From positions 273,190-337,189 of the forward strand of contig CAYNHT010000001.1 in NCBI GenBank assembly GCA_964397485.1: a stretch of DNA of 64,000 nucleotides, given 5' to 3'. The notes beneath the pieces were generated by a model. The model ran no database searches and was not told where the DNA came from. It worked only from the letters and a program-made list of their open reading frames with translations. Source of the stretch: an uncultured Muribaculaceae bacterium (GTDB taxonomy: Bacteria > Bacillota_I > Bacilli_A > RF39 > UBA660). Of this stretch, positions 1-9,519 are shown one piece after another (within the stretch, counting starts at the first letter, position 1; each line of letters starts with the position of its first letter). The position numbers and the translations under genes are program-made.

Positions 1-700
1 TACTTTTATAAATCTATCGTAGTGTTGATAATTACCTGATTCATCACTTACTTTATATTGACATTTATAATCCCCTGGTGTTCCCATATCTACTGTACAT
101 CTTAATCTTTCAACAGTTACCTCACCATCTGAGTTATCTGATGTATATACCTCTGCAGTATCAATATATGTTGCAGTTTTATCTGCTTCTACTGTTTCAT
201 AATTCCATTTTACACTAAACCCTGTTATCTTTGGTTTTGTTGTGTCTCTAACAATAATTGTTCTCACAACGGGAACTGCTTCATTACCATAGCTGTCAAC
301 AGCAGTATACGTTACTGTATATGTTCCTAATTGATCAATAACAACATTGTTAACTACACTTGGTACTATTGATTCATCAAAATTATCATATACAACCGCA
401 CCCGCATCTACATAGGTTTTATCGATACCGATTTCTAGATAAACCGTATTGTCACCATTTAGAATGATAACTGGTTTTTCATCATCAACAAAACCATCTT
501 TGACTCCTGTGCTTACTTGGTAAACTGATTCTCCTTTTTTGTTATCTTCACTTTTATCAGACTCAGTATTTTTAGTCTCATTGTTATTAACAATGATATT
601 CTCTTCTGGTTCTTCATTATTATTTAAAGCATACGAAAAAATACCAAACAACATAAATACAAAAACAGCAACTGCAACTATGTAATTCTTTTTAAACATA
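1..700 (-). CDS. N-terminal part of a signal-anchored surface protein with Ig-like DUF5011-type domains; the CDS continues past the left window edge. ATG is at 698-700.
   Basis: Open frame on the minus strand from ATG 700 to the window edge. Hydrophobic signal-anchor 'IVAVAVFVFMLFGIF'. DUF5011-like pattern 'GTYTVTYTAVDSYGNEA...RTIIVRDTTKPKI'. Not in the ORF track because it is truncated. Confidence 0.5.
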
Positions 701-1027
701 AGTTCAGTCCTTCCTATTCATAATATGTTAATCACAATACTAAAAGATAACTACAATTTTTTCTTTTACATAAGCTCAGTCCTTTCTATATATCATATAT
801 AATCCTATATATATTAAAATTAAGGATAATAAATAAAATAGATATCAATTTGTATATCATTAATATTTATTATATTTTGATATTTATACTATTTAGGTTT
901 GTTCTAATATCGACAAAACATATGCAATTATAACGAAATTATCCTATATAATACAAAATACCTAGTTAATAATAATACATACAATAAAAAAAGATTGTCG
1001 GTTTATATATTTACAATCTCTTTTTTT

Positions 1028-1064
1028 ATAAAAAAACCACTTATTAAAAAATAAGCGGTTTTAT
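1028..1064 (-). terminator. Rho-independent terminator downstream of the zinc-ribbon gene. A second A-run/hairpin/T-run sits at 986-1027.
   Basis: Minus-sense 'aaaccgcttattttttaataagtggttttttt' is a hairpin followed by a T-run. The adjacent 'gattgtcggtttatatatttacaatc' hairpin is flanked by A- and T-runs. Confidence 0.5.
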
Positions 1065-1070
1065 AATAAT

Positions 1071-1454
1071 TTATCTTTTTCTAGCACATGTCTTTCTTGT
1101 TGTTCTTTTGCTTTCTTCTTCTTTACTTTTTTTTCTACATTTAGGACATCTGGCAGGATCATTTGTAAATCCCCGAAAATTATAGGCTTCTTGACTGTTT
1201 CCATTACTTAATCTTATTATCATATCTTCAAGTTTTGAAAACTCTTCTTGTAATCTTTTAGCTTCGGAAAGTTTACCTTTTTCTGTTAAACTAGCTATCT
1301 TTTCTTGGAGTGAATTCCTTTTTTCAAAAATCTCATGGGCTTTTTCTTCAGTTATTGATTGATATAAATCTTTGACTTGTATTTGATAAGGGAAAACAAA
1401 ATTTTCGCCACACTCTTTACATTCAATTATCTTATCCTTTGATTCTTTTCCCAC
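1071..1454 (-). CDS. Zinc-ribbon and coiled-coil protein of unknown function, with a basic C-terminal tail.
   Basis: Two CxxC pairs (CKEC...CPKC). GTG at 1452-1454 is preceded by the RBS 'aaaggggagag'. The upstream part of ORF 1071..1547 overlaps the next gene and has no RBS. Confidence 0.45.
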   Translation of the reverse strand: MGKESKDKIIECKECGENFVFPYQIQVKDLYQSITEEKAHEIFEKRNSLQEKIASLTEKGKLSEAKRLQEEFSKLEDMIIRLSNGNSQEAYNFRGFTNDPARCPKCRKKSKEEESKRTTRKTCARKR

Positions 1455-1473
1455 TAAATATCTCTCCCCTTTT

Positions 1474-2094
1474 TTATTTTGTATGTCCAATATTATAGTT
1501 ATTTGCAACATTAATACCGTTATCAACAAGTATCTTATAGTTATCACTTGTTATAAAATCATAAGGAAATTCATCTTGTGAATCCATAACAGAATAAGCA
1601 ATGTTTACTTGTTCAGGTAAATTATCTGTTTTATTTATAATAGTCTCAGATACTTGTTTATCGCTTAATACTCCAATATAAAAAGTATAATCTTCTAAAT
1701 CAAGTCCCGATGAACAAGCTGACAGCATAAATAATTCTTCGTCAGTTCTCTCATGAATTTTACTAAAATAATTTACTAAAACTCCATATGATAACATCAT
1801 TTTCAATTTTTGTTTTTCTGATATGTTTTCCAAACAATCCATTTTAAATAGTGTTTGCATATACCATTCTATTTTACTATTTTCTAGTTTAGTTATTTCT
1901 GTAATTAATTCTAGCTTACTATTATAAAGATTGTAATCTTGTTGTAAATAATTAATCTCATCTTCTAATTCATCAATATCACATTCTTCTTGAATATTAA
2001 TTATATCAATGTTTTTTTGTTTTTCTAATTTTTCTTTCAATTGCTCAAACAGAGATTTTTCCTTTATATTTTGCCAATCAATTATATTTTTCAT
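1474..2094 (-). CDS. Hypothetical coiled-coil, acidic protein.
   Basis: ORF 1474..2151. The internal ATG at 2092-2094 is preceded by the RBS 'taggaggg'. Confidence 0.45.
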   Translation of the reverse strand: MKNIIDWQNIKEKSLFEQLKEKLEKQKNIDIINIQEECDIDELEDEINYLQQDYNLYNSKLELITEITKLENSKIEWYMQTLFKMDCLENISEKQKLKMMLSYGVLVNYFSKIHERTDEELFMLSACSSGLDLEDYTFYIGVLSDKQVSETIINKTDNLPEQVNIAYSVMDSQDEFPYDFITSDNYKILVDNGINVANNYNIGHTK

Positions 2095-2206
2095 AAAATT
2101 CCCTCCTAATACTATTATTATAGCACACATTAATAAAAATATGGAATTCATTAATTAAAAATATATTTGTTCATTTATTGTTAATAAATTTCTTTTTCTT
2201 ATAAAA

Positions 2207-2235
2207 CAAAAAAAAACTAACTATTTCTAGTTAGT
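2207..2235 (-). terminator. Terminator after tRNA-Arg.
   Basis: Palindrome 'aactagaaatagtt' followed by a T9 run on the minus strand (A9 on plus). Confidence 0.5.
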
Positions 2236-2274
2236 AGTTTATATAATACTCTCTAAGAGAGTTTGTATTCGATA

Positions 2275-2351
<77 letters not shown>

Positions 2352-2398
2352 ACATGTTCCAAAAGTGGAACATATAAATTATATCGCATTTAAAAAAA

Positions 2399-3370
2399 TT
2401 ATTCAATAGTTTTTAACACAGTTTTGTAAATTTCTTCATCATTAACTTCAAAAACAACCTCTTTAACATTATAATTATCTCCTACTGATAAGCAAATTGT
2501 ATAAATTACTTCCTCTAGTATACTTTTTTCTACATCATCATCAAATATATATGAATTAAATTTTAATTGTAAAATATCATCGGCTTGCTCTGAGGCCAAT
2601 AATTTTGCATTATTATTTAAAAAACTCATTAGATTAGAATTATATAAATGAGTACTACTTAATTCTTCAATTATTATCTTTATTTTTTCTCTATCATCAT
2701 TTAAATATTTTGTTACAGGTACATAATAGTAATTATCATTGTATTTATTAACATAGTAAATTGTAACTTGGTTAATTCCTTTATAACTTTTTATATCATA
2801 TTCTTTATTTATCCCAAAACTACGATCTAAAGTGCTTGGAAGATTGATTTTAGATTTTGGTAGTTTATCTAAAATATCTCCTTCTACATATAATATAATA
2901 CTATTAACTCCATCAATTTTAGTTAAAGTATAAACGAGTGCTGAAATAACTTTCTCTTCTAAATTTTCTGACACATCAAGTAATTCTTTTGAAAAATTAA
3001 CTTTTATTACACCTTCATCATACTTTAAACTTAATAATTTTGTATCACTAGGTATTAATGATCTAAATCCATTTGGGATCTTATTCTCACCGGCTCCATC
3101 TTTGATTAAAATTTCAATTAATTCTCTAGCCTTTGCTTCAATATTCTTATTACTATTACTTACTACTACACTTGCTCTTCCTAAATAATTATGACTATCC
3201 AAAAGATATATCGTGCTTGTTATTACTTCCGTATTAACATATTCTAAATCCTGGGGAATTTTATTGTTCAGATTATGATTATCATCTTTTGGTATTACAT
3301 AAAGCAAAAACAAAGCAAATAAGACGGCCGTAGAAACAAATACTTTACGTGATAGCATCCTTTTTAACAT
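2399..3370 (-). CDS. GerM-like protein (two GerMN-type domains) with an N-terminal membrane anchor.
   Basis: 323 aa with an N-terminal TM segment. Repeated GerMN-like segments ('VYTLTKIDGVNSIILYVEG', 'TICLSVGDNYNVKEVVFEVN'). Lies adjacent to gerE. Confidence 0.55.
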   Translation of the reverse strand: MLKRMLSRKVFVSTAVLFALFLLYVIPKDDNHNLNNKIPQDLEYVNTEVITSTIYLLDSHNYLGRASVVVSNSNKNIEAKARELIEILIKDGAGENKIPNGFRSLIPSDTKLLSLKYDEGVIKVNFSKELLDVSENLEEKVISALVYTLTKIDGVNSIILYVEGDILDKLPKSKINLPSTLDRSFGINKEYDIKSYKGINQVTIYYVNKYNDNYYYVPVTKYLNDDREKIKIIIEELSSTHLYNSNLMSFLNNNAKLLASEQADDILQLKFNSYIFDDDVEKSILEEVIYTICLSVGDNYNVKEVVFEVNDEEIYKTVLKTIE

Positions 3371-3421
3371 ATATCCACCTCTACATAATAATATGAAAAA
3401 AATCGCAATTTAATGCGACTT

Positions 3422-3640
3422 TTATAATGAAAGTTCCCCAAGTTTTAAAAGTTCAACTACGGCGCCAGCGCGACCTTTTACCCCTAATTTTTGCATGGCA
3501 TTCGATATATGATTACGGACGGTCTTCTCGCTTATGTCTAGTTTTTTAGCAATCTCAACCGTTGATTTATTTTGTATAAGTAATTCAAATACTTCTTTTT
3601 CGCGTTTTGTCAATATACTTTTACTCATTATTTCCCTCAC
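3422..3640 (-). CDS. gerE: GerE, a LuxR-type HTH sporulation transcription factor.
   Basis: 72 aa. 'LTKREKEVFELLIQNKSTVEIAKKLDISEKTVRNHISNAMQKLGVKGRAGAVVELL' matches B. subtilis GerE over nearly its full length. Confidence 0.85.
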   Translation of the reverse strand: MREIMSKSILTKREKEVFELLIQNKSTVEIAKKLDISEKTVRNHISNAMQKLGVKGRAGAVVELLKLGELSL

Positions 3641-3742
3641 TTCCTAAGTTGGGTGGTTTATATTTACTCATATTATTTTATGACGATATTACTTTTTAGT
3701 GAAAGAAAAAGCCTATAAAACAAAAAAACTCTACATATAGAG

Positions 3743-4243
3743 TTATTTTTGGAACTTTACTGAGATATACATTTTTTTGTCATAATTACTTTGAATACTA
3801 CGCATTATATTGTTTGCAATGGTTGCATCATGTTTTTCTTTAGCAACTACAACCCTGATCTGGTCACCATCTATTTTAATAAAAGTTTTTAATTTAAACT
3901 CTTCTAAAATCTTATTTTCTAGTTTTTCTTCCTCGCCACGGTTAACATTTAATAATTTCATTTTTTCAAAAGCATTATTCTTTTGATCAATTGTTGCATC
4001 AATATCTGTCAAAATTATTTTTAACTCATCTAATTCCTTTAACATTTGTTCATTTGATTCAACCCTTAGTGCTGTTAAAATTTCACTATCTTCTATCTTT
4101 GCGGTCGGTTCATTGTTCTCATTTTCGGTATGATCATTATTATTAGTTAACAATAACTCTGATGGCATTGTTACATAATAAACACTTAAAACTAAAATTA
4201 AACTGAATAACGTTAAAAACCACAAACTCTTCTTATTAATCAT
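3743..4243 (-). CDS. Membrane-anchored coiled-coil protein, possibly sporulation-associated.
   Basis: N-terminal TM segment 'LWFLTLFSLILVLSVYYV'. The rest is charged and coiled-coil. Its genomic context is gerE/gerM. Confidence 0.35.
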   Translation of the reverse strand: MINKKSLWFLTLFSLILVLSVYYVTMPSELLLTNNNDHTENENNEPTAKIEDSEILTALRVESNEQMLKELDELKIILTDIDATIDQKNNAFEKMKLLNVNRGEEEKLENKILEEFKLKTFIKIDGDQIRVVVAKEKHDATIANNIMRSIQSNYDKKMYISVKFQK

Positions 4244-4407
4244 TAATATCCCTCCTAGTACTGCCTTAATAAATTATATTATCTTTCTTTTATTTTATTA
4301 CAACTATTTACTATATATATTAGTTTAAAAACAATAAAAAAACTAAACACCATATTATATGTAGTTTAGTTTTAAAATATTATTTATTATTTATTATTTA
4401 TTATTTA

Positions 4408-6138
4408 TTATTTGTTTTTTATTTCATTTTGTAAAAGTTCGATAAATTCATCCACACTTATAGTAGTTGTTTCATTGCTACCATATTTACGATAACTAAT
4501 CATTTTGTTGTCACGCTCATTGTCACCTATAATTAAATTATAAGGTATCTTTCGTGTTTGACTTTCACGCATACGATATCCTAATTTTTCATCACGACTA
4601 TCTAATTCTACTCTAAAGTTATTTTCTAATAACATTCTTTTTATATCATTAGCATATTCCAGATGATATTCATTATTAACAGGTATTACATTTATTTGAA
4701 CTGGATTTAACCATAATGGGAAAGCCCCTGCATAGTGTTCAATAATAATACCAATGAATCTTTCAATCGAACCAAATATAACTCTATGGAGCATAATTGG
4801 ACGCTTTTTCGAACCGTCACTTGCAACATAAGTTAAATCAAAACGTTCAGGTAAATTAGCGTCAAGTTGGATAGTTCCACATTGCCATACTCTTCCTAAT
4901 GAATCTTTAACATGGAAATCTAATTTTGGACCATAGAATGCACCATCACCAGGATTGATTTTACAACCACGTCCTGCTTTATTACAAGCGATTTCTAAGA
5001 TGTTTTCTGCTCTATCCCAAGCTTCTATAGTTCCAATATATTTTTCTTCTGGTCTTGTTGATAACTCTATTTTATATTCTAAATTAAATACTTTATATAT
5101 ACGGTCAATGAAATTGATTAATCTTATAATTTCACTTTCAATTTGTTCTTCTGTCATAAAAATATGTGCATCATCTTGTGTAAAATTACGAACTCTAAAT
5201 AAGCCATTTAATGCACCACTCGCTTCATGACGATGTACAAGTCCTAATTCACCTACTCTAAGTGGTAAATCTTTGTATGAATGCAAACTGTTTTTGTAAA
5301 CAAGCATTCCTCCTGGACAATTCATTGGTTTAATAGCAAATTCTTTTTCGTCAATAACTGATGTATACATATTTTCTTTATAATTACCCCAGTGCCCAGA
5401 TACTTCCCATAAATCACGATTTAACATAATTGGTGTTTTTATAAATTGGTATCCTTCTTTAGTATGTTCTTCATACCAAAAGTCTTCTAATACTTTTCTT
5501 AAAATCATTCCATTTGGCAGCCAAAACGGAAATCCGGGACCATATTCACTAAACATGAATAATTCTAATTCACGACCTAGTTTTTTGTGATCTCTTTTCT
5601 TGGCTTCTTCTAACATTTCTAAATGATTATTTAATTCTTCATCTGTCTCGAAACAAATACCATATATTCTTTGTAACATTTTATTATTAGAGTCACCTTT
5701 ATAATATGCACCACTTACTTTTAACAATTTAAAATACTTTAATAATTTTGTACTTTCAACGTGTGGTCCACGACATAAATCAATAAAATCTTCTTGCTTA
5801 TAAGCTGTAATTAAAACATCTTCTTCCATGTTATTAATTAAATCAATTTTATAAACGTCATCTTTAAACATATCTAATGCATCACTTTTTGATAATTCTA
5901 GTCTTTTAATTAATTTGTTTTCCTTAACAATTTTTTTCATTTCTTTAGAAATTAATTCTAAATCATCTTCTGTTATAACTTTATCTTGTAAATCAATATC
6001 ATAATAAAATCCTTCACTTATAACAGGACCTACCCAAAATAAAGCATTAGGATATAATCTTTTTACAGCATGTGCTAGAAGATGTGCACAACTATGGTTT
6101 AAAATATTTAATTTTTCATTTGCTTTTATATCTATCAT
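4408..6138 (-). CDS. thrS: Threonyl-tRNA synthetase, catalytic and anticodon-binding portion; it lacks the N-terminal TGS domain.
   Basis: 'LNHSCAHLLAHAVKRLYP' corresponds to the ThrRS 'RHSAAHLFAQAARRLFP'. Class II motifs are present. Its own RBS 'gaaagagg' precedes the ATG. Confidence 0.95.
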   Translation of the reverse strand: MIDIKANEKLNILNHSCAHLLAHAVKRLYPNALFWVGPVISEGFYYDIDLQDKVITEDDLELISKEMKKIVKENKLIKRLELSKSDALDMFKDDVYKIDLINNMEEDVLITAYKQEDFIDLCRGPHVESTKLLKYFKLLKVSGAYYKGDSNNKMLQRIYGICFETDEELNNHLEMLEEAKKRDHKKLGRELELFMFSEYGPGFPFWLPNGMILRKVLEDFWYEEHTKEGYQFIKTPIMLNRDLWEVSGHWGNYKENMYTSVIDEKEFAIKPMNCPGGMLVYKNSLHSYKDLPLRVGELGLVHRHEASGALNGLFRVRNFTQDDAHIFMTEEQIESEIIRLINFIDRIYKVFNLEYKIELSTRPEEKYIGTIEAWDRAENILEIACNKAGRGCKINPGDGAFYGPKLDFHVKDSLGRVWQCGTIQLDANLPERFDLTYVASDGSKKRPIMLHRVIFGSIERFIGIIIEHYAGAFPLWLNPVQINVIPVNNEYHLEYANDIKRMLLENNFRVELDSRDEKLGYRMRESQTRKIPYNLIIGDNERDNKMISYRKYGSNETTTISVDEFIELLQNEIKNK

Positions 6139-6174
6139 TTTTATCGCCTCTTTCTTTTTTTTGCACTAATTATA

Positions 6175-6357
6175 CTATCTAAATTTCTTAACTTTACTTA
6201 AACTACGCTTTTCACAGTGTACAATCATTTTATTATACGGAATAAATGTCTCTATTTTAAAAATTCTATCAACTGCATAATACTTATTTGTTCCTGCTAA
6301 TTGCTTCTTTAGTTCAATTAATTCTGATAAGGATTTGTTTTCTAAATTTACGTACAT
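6175..6357 (-). CDS. Stand-alone TGS-domain fragment, corresponding to the detached N-terminus of ThrRS.
   Basis: 'LKKQLAGTNKYYAVDR' matches the TGS 'LKKKALAGKLNGELVD'. It is in frame with thrS but separated from it by 36 nt containing two TAG stops. Its own RBS 'aaggagga' lies directly after the T-box terminator. Confidence 0.5.
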   Translation of the reverse strand: MYVNLENKSLSELIELKKQLAGTNKYYAVDRIFKIETFIPYNKMIVHCEKRSLSKVKKFR

Positions 6358-6359
6358 AT

Positions 6360-6560
6360 TATCCTCCTTAAATACAAAAAAACACCCCTTAATATACTTA
6401 AGGAGCGTTTATACGCGGTACCATCCTACCTTTTACTTAATTTAATAACGGCTTTAACCGGAGATTTCTTTCGAACTCTGCTTATAGGTAGTAATTATTA
6501 ACGTTATTTATTAGGCTCACACCACCCCTAATTCGCTTAAAAATACTTTTTAATAATCAT
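6360..6560 (-). promoter_or_regulatory. T-box riboswitch leader upstream of the TGS/thrS unit.
   Basis: Minus-sense 'AAAAGGTAGGATGGTACCGCG' (plus 6411-6430) fits the T-box consensus. It is followed by the terminator hairpin 'cuccuuaa...uuaagggg' plus a U-run (plus 6374-6404). The specifier codon was not resolved. Confidence 0.6.
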
Positions 6561-6586
6561 GTCCTAATCAGTGCATTTATGTACTA

Positions 6587-6614
6587 ATTTTATCACTTAT
6601 TTCATATTTGTCAA
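6587..6614 (-). promoter_or_regulatory. Sigma-A type promoter for the thrS leader.
   Basis: Minus-sense TTGACA, a 16-nt spacer, then TGaTAAAAT (an extended -10). Confidence 0.45.
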
Positions 6615-8569
6615 TTACTTTTATATTTTTTTGTTAAAATTTTTGAATATTCTTCGACATATTGTTCATTTAATTCATTACGTTCATTCAAATGTTTAGT
6701 TATAAGTCTTAGTTTTTCTTCTAATTTATAATAATATTCATCTGTCATTTGTTGGTTATCAACTAAATACCTTTTTACTAAACGCTGATTTATCAATGAA
6801 GCATAATTTCTTATTGGAATAGTTGTATGAGCGTATGCATTTAGATTTAGCCCATAATGTCCTAAATTAGATGTTGAATAGGTAGAAGATTCATACATCT
6901 CGTTAATGCATTTTACTATGTTTGTTATCTTGGAATTATTATTCCAGTTTTCTTTTAATTTTATGAATTCTTTTTTATCACAATTAGACAAATTAATTCT
7001 ATAGATTAATGGTAATTTTTTTTCAGAAAAATAATACGCGATAAAATGATTTAATAACACCATAAACTCTTCTACGATAACACAACCCACACTATCATCA
7101 TATTGATTTGTATCTTTGTTATTGGCATATCGCCTCATTTGTTTTATTTCATGGTAAACACCTTTAGAAAGATTTTGATTTTTCAATTTTTCAGAAAATG
7201 ATAACATATTTTTCAATAATTTAAACTGATTAATATCATTACCTTTATCCATTATATTATTAATGTCATTATATGAAAAATTCTTGTTAATTGTTACAAT
7301 TGATCGATTAATTTCATAATTAACTAAATTCATATTGGGAGAAAATTCAAATAAATGGGAAACAACTAACTTATCACTTCCAGTATTTAAAGAAAATAAA
7401 TTGTATGTTAGATTATTTGGAAACATTGGAATTGTTAAATTTGGCAAATAGATTGTTGAACCACGTTCATATGCCTCTTTATCTAAGTGTGTTCCGGCTT
7501 TAACGTAACTTGAAACATCAGCAATGTAAATTCCAAGCAAATAGTTTCCATTAGGCAATACCTCTAATGAAAAAGCATCGTCTAAACTTTTGGCATTATT
7601 AGCATCTATTGTAATAATATACTTATTACGTAGATCCCTATAACATAAGCCATTTATATCTTTAAAATTACACATTTGCTGAATTGCATCATTACTAAAT
7701 TCCTGTTGAAGATTATATTTGTATTTTATATCATCAATTTCATCTTCACTATTATTAGTCTTTACATTTTTTAACTCTTTGATTAATTCATTCAAGAAAT
7801 ATTTAATTTTTTCTTTTTCCTTCTTATCCATCTTACATCTTTTTAAGTTATCGATTGCTAATCTTAATTTATCAATAAGTTTCTTCTTTTGAATTTCTTT
7901 AATTTTAAGTTTACGATTTGTTATTACAAAAGTGATAACTTTTTTTAAGTAAACCATATTGAAATCACAATTAGCCATTGCTGCTTGATTTATATATTGC
8001 TCAATAATTTCATCAAAAATGGAATTTTTACCATTACTAGTATTAATTAGTTCAGGGAATTTATTAAAAATTTCTTCAATGTATGTGAACTTTTTCACAT
8101 CAAAAATAAGATGTTTTAAAAAATCATAAACATTGTATTGATCTAGTATTGTGTTTTGCTCTTTTAAATGTTCAAAATTGTTTATTGTAATAGATATATT
8201 ATCTTGAATCTTTTCAAGTATAAAATCATTTACTATATATACTCCTTTAGAGCTTTTGCGATTAAGTTTTTTTATTAGTCTAGATATCTTAATATCGAGG
8301 TCTTTTAAGTCTTCAATTACTTTTGAGTCAGTACCATATTTTAACTCTTCAAAACACTCATCAAAATAAGCAAAGCACTTATAAAGATATTTATAGTCAT
8401 CAAAAGATGATGTGACATCAAAATTATTTATTTCCTCTTTAAAAAGTTCTAACATTAGATTCATTAATTCTTCATTATTAAATGCTTTTATTTTCTCTTT
8501 TAGTTCTTTTATATCATATTTTTTATTATGAAGAAGAACCTTTTTTAATACTTCTGTTTTACTACTCAT
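6611..8569 (-). CDS. RNB-domain 3'-5' exoribonuclease of the RNase II/R family, with no obvious C-terminal S1 domain.
   Basis: 'ITIDANNAKSLDDAFS' is the RNB catalytic motif. 652 aa. Confidence 0.75.
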   Translation of the reverse strand: MSSKTEVLKKVLLHNKKYDIKELKEKIKAFNNEELMNLMLELFKEEINNFDVTSSFDDYKYLYKCFAYFDECFEELKYGTDSKVIEDLKDLDIKISRLIKKLNRKSSKGVYIVNDFILEKIQDNISITINNFEHLKEQNTILDQYNVYDFLKHLIFDVKKFTYIEEIFNKFPELINTSNGKNSIFDEIIEQYINQAAMANCDFNMVYLKKVITFVITNRKLKIKEIQKKKLIDKLRLAIDNLKRCKMDKKEKEKIKYFLNELIKELKNVKTNNSEDEIDDIKYKYNLQQEFSNDAIQQMCNFKDINGLCYRDLRNKYIITIDANNAKSLDDAFSLEVLPNGNYLLGIYIADVSSYVKAGTHLDKEAYERGSTIYLPNLTIPMFPNNLTYNLFSLNTGSDKLVVSHLFEFSPNMNLVNYEINRSIVTINKNFSYNDINNIMDKGNDINQFKLLKNMLSFSEKLKNQNLSKGVYHEIKQMRRYANNKDTNQYDDSVGCVIVEEFMVLLNHFIAYYFSEKKLPLIYRINLSNCDKKEFIKLKENWNNNSKITNIVKCINEMYESSTYSTSNLGHYGLNLNAYAHTTIPIRNYASLINQRLVKRYLVDNQQMTDEYYYKLEEKLRLITKHLNERNELNEQYVEEYSKILTKKYKSN

Positions 8570-8591
8570 ATTTTTTTCTCCCGCTAAATTA

Positions 8592-9512
8592 TTATTTTCT
8601 TAAGTTTTTACTTATCATTTTTTGAACCTCGGTTAATTGCTCAATTCTCTCAATAATCCGTTTAGCTTTAATATCGGATACACGATCTTTAGTTATACTA
8701 AAGTGTACTTCCAAGCTTTTTAAATCTAGATTAGATGTAAAAAAAGTTGGTAGTTGTTCCTGCATTCGATATTGAATAATTGGACAAAAAATTTCATCCC
8801 TCCCCCATTCAGTTGTACTTTCTGCCCCAATATCATCAATTAATAATAATGGGACTTTTTTAATATATTCAAATTTTTGTTTGAAATCAGTTTGAAAAGA
8901 ACTTTTTAAATCTCTTAAATATTCTGGCCAAAATACAATAGCACTTTTAACTCCCTTTTTAGCAAGTTCATTAAACATTGCTGCAATCATATATGTCTTC
9001 CCACATCCAAAATTACCATATAAATAAAGTCCTTTTTGTTTTTTCTCTTTATCATAGTTTTTAATAAAATTGTTTAACCACAATATTGCATCTATACGAT
9101 TATCATCATCCTTAAAGATGTCTTTCATTCGCGCCTCTTTAATTTCTTTAGGCACATCAAATAAGTAGATATTATTAAGATAGCTAGTATCTTTAATAAA
9201 CTTCTTTTGGAAACGACAAGCTATATAATTAAATTCTAATTTATCATCACTTGCTTTTGGCATATATGCATATCCTGTTAGTTTATTTGAACATTCCAAA
9301 AGTCCCTTGCATTTTAAACATCGATCATAATCCTTACTACAATCTTCTAACATCGATGTATACTTCATTAAAGTTTCTTCACTTAATTTTAATTTGCTAA
9401 CTAATAATTTAAAAGAAGGATCTTTTAAAGCCTCAAAATAAGACTCTTTTAAGTTGTTAGTATATGCATTTTTTAGTCCTACATTTTTAAGTTGTTCCGT
9501 TACTTTTTTCAT
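8592..9512 (-). CDS. dnaI: Primosomal helicase loader DnaI.
   Basis: Walker A 'GNFGCGKTYM', an N-terminal Zn-binding Cys cluster, and synteny with dnaB. Confidence 0.85.
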   Translation of the reverse strand: MKKVTEQLKNVGLKNAYTNNLKESYFEALKDPSFKLLVSKLKLSEETLMKYTSMLEDCSKDYDRCLKCKGLLECSNKLTGYAYMPKASDDKLEFNYIACRFQKKFIKDTSYLNNIYLFDVPKEIKEARMKDIFKDDDNRIDAILWLNNFIKNYDKEKKQKGLYLYGNFGCGKTYMIAAMFNELAKKGVKSAIVFWPEYLRDLKSSFQTDFKQKFEYIKKVPLLLIDDIGAESTTEWGRDEIFCPIIQYRMQEQLPTFFTSNLDLKSLEVHFSITKDRVSDIKAKRIIERIEQLTEVQKMISKNLRK

Positions 9513-9519
9513 GATTCAC

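Noticed and set aside
960-1030. Similarity of the hairpin 'gattgtcggtttatatatttacaatc' to the island boundary hairpin 'gattgtga...tcacaatc'.
   Set aside because: Only the 6-nt stem ends match and the loop and flanks differ. It is most simply a generic terminator, not another island boundary.
4955-5230. Antisense ORFs inside long genes in the six-frame track: 4955..5230, 9492..9698, 11820..12011, 12475..12693, 17004..17393, 18562..18753, 19097..19282, 19468..19758, 23122..23334, 24424..24774, 25108..25365, 25877..26197, 29813..30010, 30277..30459, 31546..31734, 37501..37713, 39278..39460, 43430..43705, 45638..45886, 47220..47444, 47521..47934, 52437..52646, 53099..53296, 54162..54401, 56815..57099.
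   Set aside because: All lie wholly within, and opposite to, well-supported genes. Their products are low-complexity L/F/I/S-rich sequences typical of the antisense strand of AT-rich coding DNA, and they have no RBS.
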